Shown: positions 60,112 to 64,000 of the stretch, piece by piece | Numbering within the stretch: the stretch's first letter is position 1 | How the letters are laid out: each line of letters begins with the position of its first letter | Notes under the pieces: generated by a model | Databases searched by the model: none | The model's input: the letters and a program-made list of their open reading frames with translations, nothing else | What the model was told of the DNA's origin: nothing | Source of the DNA: Nitrospirota bacterium | GTDB lineage: Bacteria > Nitrospirota > UBA9217 | Assembly (NCBI GenBank): GCA_963845065.1 | Contig: CAWJQQ010000002.1 | Location: 405,597 to 469,596, forward strand | Length of the DNA stretch: 64,000 nucleotides | Reading direction: 5' to 3' | Position numbers and translations under genes: made by a program

Positions 60112-60858
60112 TTATCTTCCTGCGGCTTCCTTATCGAGAAACCACGTAACTGTTCCGTTCTCGGTAAAGACCTGTCCTGCCGGATATCCCTTGGAATTGC
60201 CGTGGTAAAGGATATTTTGGAGCACGCTCGCTTTGGCTCTTCCTGCAACAAGAAAAAGTACATTAGATGCATTATTGATGACCGAAATCGTGAGCGTAAC
60301 ACGGTTAATTTGAGGATCTTCTAGATATACGGGATTGGTGATCCGAGCAGATTCAAAAACCGCTGATGAACCAGTAAAGAGCGATGCCGTATGACCGTCC
60401 GCGCCTACTCCCAGCATGACAAGGTCAAAGCTCGGGATAGTGACCGTACCAAAGAATGCCTTGATGTCCTGCTCATAGGCACGCGCCGCCTCTTCGGGAT
60501 CTGCTTCTCCATGCACGTTGTGAACATTGCTCTCGGGCATGGGAAGGTTCTTCAATAACGTATCGCGAACCAACCTGTAGTTGCTCGCAGGATTATCGGA
60601 CGGAACGCATCGCTCATCTGCCCAGAACAAGTGAACACGGCGCCAGTCAATGGTGTTTAGATAGGGTGGTGATCCGAGAAGTGTGTACAAGAGGCGGGGG
60701 GTTGTGCCACCGGAAAGGGCGACAGCAAACCTACCTTTTGCGGCAATGGCCGTACACGAAAGAGACAAAAATAATTCCGCTGCGCCATGGCTCAGCGATT
60801 GGAGGTCATCGAATACCGAGATCCGCACATTGCTGCGGCCATTCACAAAGGCCTCCAA
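60112..60858 (-). CDS. pgl: 6-phosphogluconolactonase
   Basis: ALSGGTTP, WADERCV and LGVGADGHTASLF. Confidence 0.95.
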   Translation of the reverse strand: MEAFVNGRSNVRISVFDDLQSLSHGAAELFLSLSCTAIAAKGRFAVALSGGTTPRLLYTLLGSPPYLNTIDWRRVHLFWADERCVPSDNPASNYRLVRDTLLKNLPMPESNVHNVHGEADPEEAARAYEQDIKAFFGTVTIPSFDLVMLGVGADGHTASLFTGSSAVFESARITNPVYLEDPQINRVTLTISVINNASNVLFLVAGRAKASVLQNILYHGNSKGYPAGQVFTENGTVTWFLDKEAAGR

Positions 60859-62420
60859 AAGCGCCCTATTCTTCTTAACAGGCGCAGTGCCTCGTTGGGT
60901 CCGTCCGTTCCCGCGGGGTACAATGCGAGCGGCACGCCCTTTCCCGAATCAACTGCATCAAGTACTGGAGTAAGCGCTGACCACGCAAGCTCTACGCTGT
61001 CTTCGCGCATGAAGAGCATGTGGTCTCCGATCATGCAGTCCAGCAGGACCCATTCGTAGGCGTCGAGTGCCACCCCACGAGGGTAATCGTATTTCATCTC
61101 CACTGGGTTCAAACAGATCTTAGTGCCTGCCTGCTTGGTCTGGAATGTAAGGCTCATGCCCTCTTCAGGTTGTATTTTGAGGATGATAGAGTTAGGTTCA
61201 ATGGGACCGCTGACCGAATCAGGGAACATGGAGTGCGGTACCTCGCGGAATAGAACGGCAATCTCCGTTTTTCGCACTGCGAGCCTCTTGCCTGAACGGA
61301 GATAAAAAGGAACCCCGTGCCAGCGCCAGTTGTCGACAAACACTTGCATGGCTGCAAAGGTCGGCGTTTTCGAAGCGTCTGCGACACCCTGTTCCTGACG
61401 GTAAGCGGCAACTTCCCCGCCGCCGATTGTCCCTTTTGCATATTGGCCGACCACAAGTTGATCAGCCAGCGTATCAAGGGACAGGTGCCTTAGGGATCGC
61501 AAGACTTTTGCCTTTTCATCCTGCACGCGTTCGGCGAAGAACACTGCCGGCGGCTCCATGGCAATAAGGCTCAAGAGTTGAAACATATGGTTCTGGAACA
61601 TATCGCGGATCACGCCCGCTTCTTCATAATAACCGGCTCGGTGCTCGACGCCGATGGTTTCTGTGGCCGTAATCTGCACATGGTCCACATACCGACGGTT
61701 CCAAAGCGGTTCAAAAATAGAGTTCGCGAACCGGAACATCAATATGTTCTGCACCGTCTCTTTAGCGAGGTAATGATCGATGCGGAATATCTGGCTTTCT
61801 TTATAATGGGTATGTACAAGCTGGTTTAATTTTCGTGCCGAGGCTAGATCATGACCGAAAGGCTTCTCGATCACGATATGGCTGCAGCCCTTTTCCTCGC
61901 GCGATAGCCCTGAAGCGCCGAGATTATGGATCACGCTTTCAAAGACCATCGGCGGGATGGCCAGATAAAAAATGCGATTCCCCATTGTCTTGTGCTTAAT
62001 CTCCAGCTTTGGAAGGATGTCGACTAAATCGACAGTGTACGATGCCAGGTTCTCGTAATCGAAGGTAGAGTAGTAGAGATGGTTCACGAACTCGTCCCAA
62101 AGGCTCTCCTCAAAATCGCGTGGAAGCACAGCTTTGACCGCATCCCGCATGCCCCCGCGAAATTGTTCGGTCGTCATCTTGATACGACTGGTGCCGAGAA
62201 TGAAAAACTGCGGCGTGAGCATCTTGTTTTTAAAGAGCTGGTACAGCGACGGCAAAAGCTTCCGACGCGTCAGGTCTCCCGAAGCCCCGAAGATGATCAG
62301 GCCCGCGGGACGTGGAATCTCCACATCGCAGTTCTCGATCCGGTGATATTCCGGCATCAGGCCTGCTTCGGTCGGTGCTAATCCCGTGCTTTGTTGACCG
62401 GTATTATCATCCATGATCAA
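60843..62420 (-). CDS. zwf: Glucose-6-phosphate 1-dehydrogenase
   Basis: GASGDL, EKPFG and RIDHYLAKE. Confidence 0.97.
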   Translation of the reverse strand: MIMDDNTGQQSTGLAPTEAGLMPEYHRIENCDVEIPRPAGLIIFGASGDLTRRKLLPSLYQLFKNKMLTPQFFILGTSRIKMTTEQFRGGMRDAVKAVLPRDFEESLWDEFVNHLYYSTFDYENLASYTVDLVDILPKLEIKHKTMGNRIFYLAIPPMVFESVIHNLGASGLSREEKGCSHIVIEKPFGHDLASARKLNQLVHTHYKESQIFRIDHYLAKETVQNILMFRFANSIFEPLWNRRYVDHVQITATETIGVEHRAGYYEEAGVIRDMFQNHMFQLLSLIAMEPPAVFFAERVQDEKAKVLRSLRHLSLDTLADQLVVGQYAKGTIGGGEVAAYRQEQGVADASKTPTFAAMQVFVDNWRWHGVPFYLRSGKRLAVRKTEIAVLFREVPHSMFPDSVSGPIEPNSIILKIQPEEGMSLTFQTKQAGTKICLNPVEMKYDYPRGVALDAYEWVLLDCMIGDHMLFMREDSVELAWSALTPVLDAVDSGKGVPLALYPAGTDGPNEALRLLRRIGRFWRPL

Positions 62421-63301
62421 GCAATCTTCCTTTTATCGGATTTTATCAATCTTTTCCAATCCTCGGAAAACCGCTCCATTCCCTTGGTCGTCAGTTCATG
62501 CCGGATATCGTAGTCTTCCCACTTTTTATCAAGTTTTATCTCTTTGTACGGAATGGGTTTTAACAATGCGGCGTTATAGTGGTAAGCGTCTCCAGGTAGA
62601 GGCATCCCTTTTTCACCCCAGGCTTTTAATTCTTCATAGGGCACCGTAATAATATCCGTACCAAGTTTGAGGGCGTACAAAAAGTGATCGATGTTCCGCA
62701 CGCTCGCAGTCAGGACTTCCACATGTCCGTCACCCTGAGCGTACATGCAGAGGATATTGGCGATCACGTCCATGCCGTTTTCACCACGATCGTCGAGCCT
62801 CCCGACGAATGGCGAGACGAATACCTGTCCTTTCTTCGCACCCCGCGTTGCCGCATACACGGCCGCAGCCTGTTCCTGTGAGAAGCAGAGCGTCATGTTC
62901 ACGCGCATTCCTGCTTGTACCGCCCACTCTGCCGCTTTAAGCCCTTCCCGGGTCGTCGGAAACTTCACTTGTGCATTTGCGATCCAAGAGAACATGTCTT
63001 TTGCCTGCTTCAGCATCGTGTCGGCCTGAGTCGTTACGTCGGCGTAGACCTCTACCGATACTGATCCACCCGGTAGCAAACTGCATAGTGTCGTTACTAC
63101 CCCCCGATAAAACTCGAGTATTTCTTCGGCACTGAATGTCTCTCCCCGCTCGACCCTTTTCATTGCCTCAGGATTTTTCGAAATTAGCGTCGGATTTGTA
63201 GTTTGACCGTCGAGAAACCCGAGGAATTTTAAGATCTCTTTCGTTTCCTCGGGATCACCGCCGTCCAAAAATATCCTTGTTTTAAGTTTTTGAGGTCTCA
63301 T
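62417..63301 (-). CDS. tal: Transaldolase-family protein
   Basis: FLD, TTNP, VKFP (Schiff-base Lys), NMTLCFS and SPFVGR. Start placed at MRPQ (the ORF track starts at 63355). Confidence 0.88.
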   Translation of the reverse strand: MRPQKLKTRIFLDGGDPEETKEILKFLGFLDGQTTNPTLISKNPEAMKRVERGETFSAEEILEFYRGVVTTLCSLLPGGSVSVEVYADVTTQADTMLKQAKDMFSWIANAQVKFPTTREGLKAAEWAVQAGMRVNMTLCFSQEQAAAVYAATRGAKKGQVFVSPFVGRLDDRGENGMDVIANILCMYAQGDGHVEVLTASVRNIDHFLYALKLGTDIITVPYEELKAWGEKGMPLPGDAYHYNAALLKPIPYKEIKLDKKWEDYDIRHELTTKGMERFSEDWKRLIKSDKRKIA

Positions 63302-63323
63302 ACCATTCCCCCCTTCTACCAAT

Positions 63324-64000
63324 TCAGGCAATTTTTCTTTTTTCCCCTTTCTCAATCTCTACCTCAGATGCTTTCACCTCGTGGCCGCCGAATTGATGCC
63401 TCAGGGCTGACACGATCTGTCCAATATAGCTAGGGTTTGCCTGCGACTGGAGACGAAAATCGAGCGCGCCCTTAATGATGGGCGCAGGGCTTCCAAATTC
63501 CTTCGCGGCATCTATGGTCCACATAGCCTCTCCGCTCTGCGCAACCGCGCCTGATATCCCCTGGAGGTTCTCGCCATATTTTCCATACGCGGCCTTGAGC
63601 CAGCCAACCAACCGCGATTCGATCACGCTCTTGTGGTTGTACAGGTCGGCGACCTTCGCTAGATCGAAATTAAAGCCAGAATGCTTAAGGATTGCAAAAC
63701 CCTCGGCAAGGGCTTGCATCATTCCGTATTCGATTCCGTTATGAACCATTTTAACGAAATGGCCTGCACCGGCTTTCCCGAAATGCGCGTACCCGTTGTC
63801 GACCGAGGCATCACGAAAGATCTGTTCATAAGTGTGAAATACGCTTTCGTCGCCACCGACCATAATGCACGCCCCGGTCCGTGCACCGGCCGGACCGCCA
63901 CTCACGCCGGCATCTAGAAAATTGATGCCCTTATTTTCCAACTCTTGAGCACGTCGTATGGACTCCCTGTAGGGTGAATTGCCGCCATCGATGATCGTAT
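63324..64000 (-). CDS. gnd: 6-phosphogluconate dehydrogenase (decarboxylating, short type), 5' end outside the window
   Basis: IDGGNS, DAGVSGG, GHFVKMVHNGIEYG and LRHQFGGH. Confidence 0.95.
   Translation of the reverse strand, partial: TIIDGGNSPYRESIRRAQELENKGINFLDAGVSGGPAGARTGACIMVGGDESVFHTYEQIFRDASVDNGYAHFGKAGAGHFVKMVHNGIEYGMMQALAEGFAILKHSGFNFDLAKVADLYNHKSVIESRLVGWLKAAYGKYGENLQGISGAVAQSGEAMWTIDAAKEFGSPAPIIKGALDFRLQSQANPSYIGQIVSALRHQFGGHEVKASEVEIEKGEKRKIA

Overview
Bacterial chromosomal window, probably from an anaerobic or microaerobic Nitrospirota- or Desulfobacterota-like organism (inferred from gene content only). Positions 1-34.5 kb form a decaying accessory region that ends at the 3' end of a tRNA-Glu/tRNA-Lys pair. 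It holds a sigma54-type rhodanese(pseudo)-TolC-MFP-RND-crotonase operon, FadL-type porins, a protease cluster (DegP, M16, rhomboid, M1-ChaN-PDZ), a P3A H+-ATPase, many pseudogenes, and IS4, IS91-like, ISL3 and IS607/TnpB elements or remnants. Positions 34.8-64 kb are mostly core genes (purA, serA, ttcA, nrdJ, scpA/scpB, cpoB/pal, pgl-zwf-tal-gnd). Main candidate for a new system: an unannotated 40-codon ORF (59874-59996, minus strand) reading ...C-H-K-UGA-K-G-UGA-K-S-stop, followed by an fdhF-like SECIS hairpin and a radical SAM/SPASM gene. This looks like a RiPP precursor with two selenocysteines (CxxUxxU) plus its maturase. A second, independent UGA+SECIS case (DUF1573, PS-U-GC) supports Sec decoding in this genome, although sel genes are not in the window. 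Also notable: a HEAT-repeat gene between scpA and scpB, and a desulforedoxin-like/histone-H1-like fusion protein. All calls come from reading the sequence; no database searches were run.
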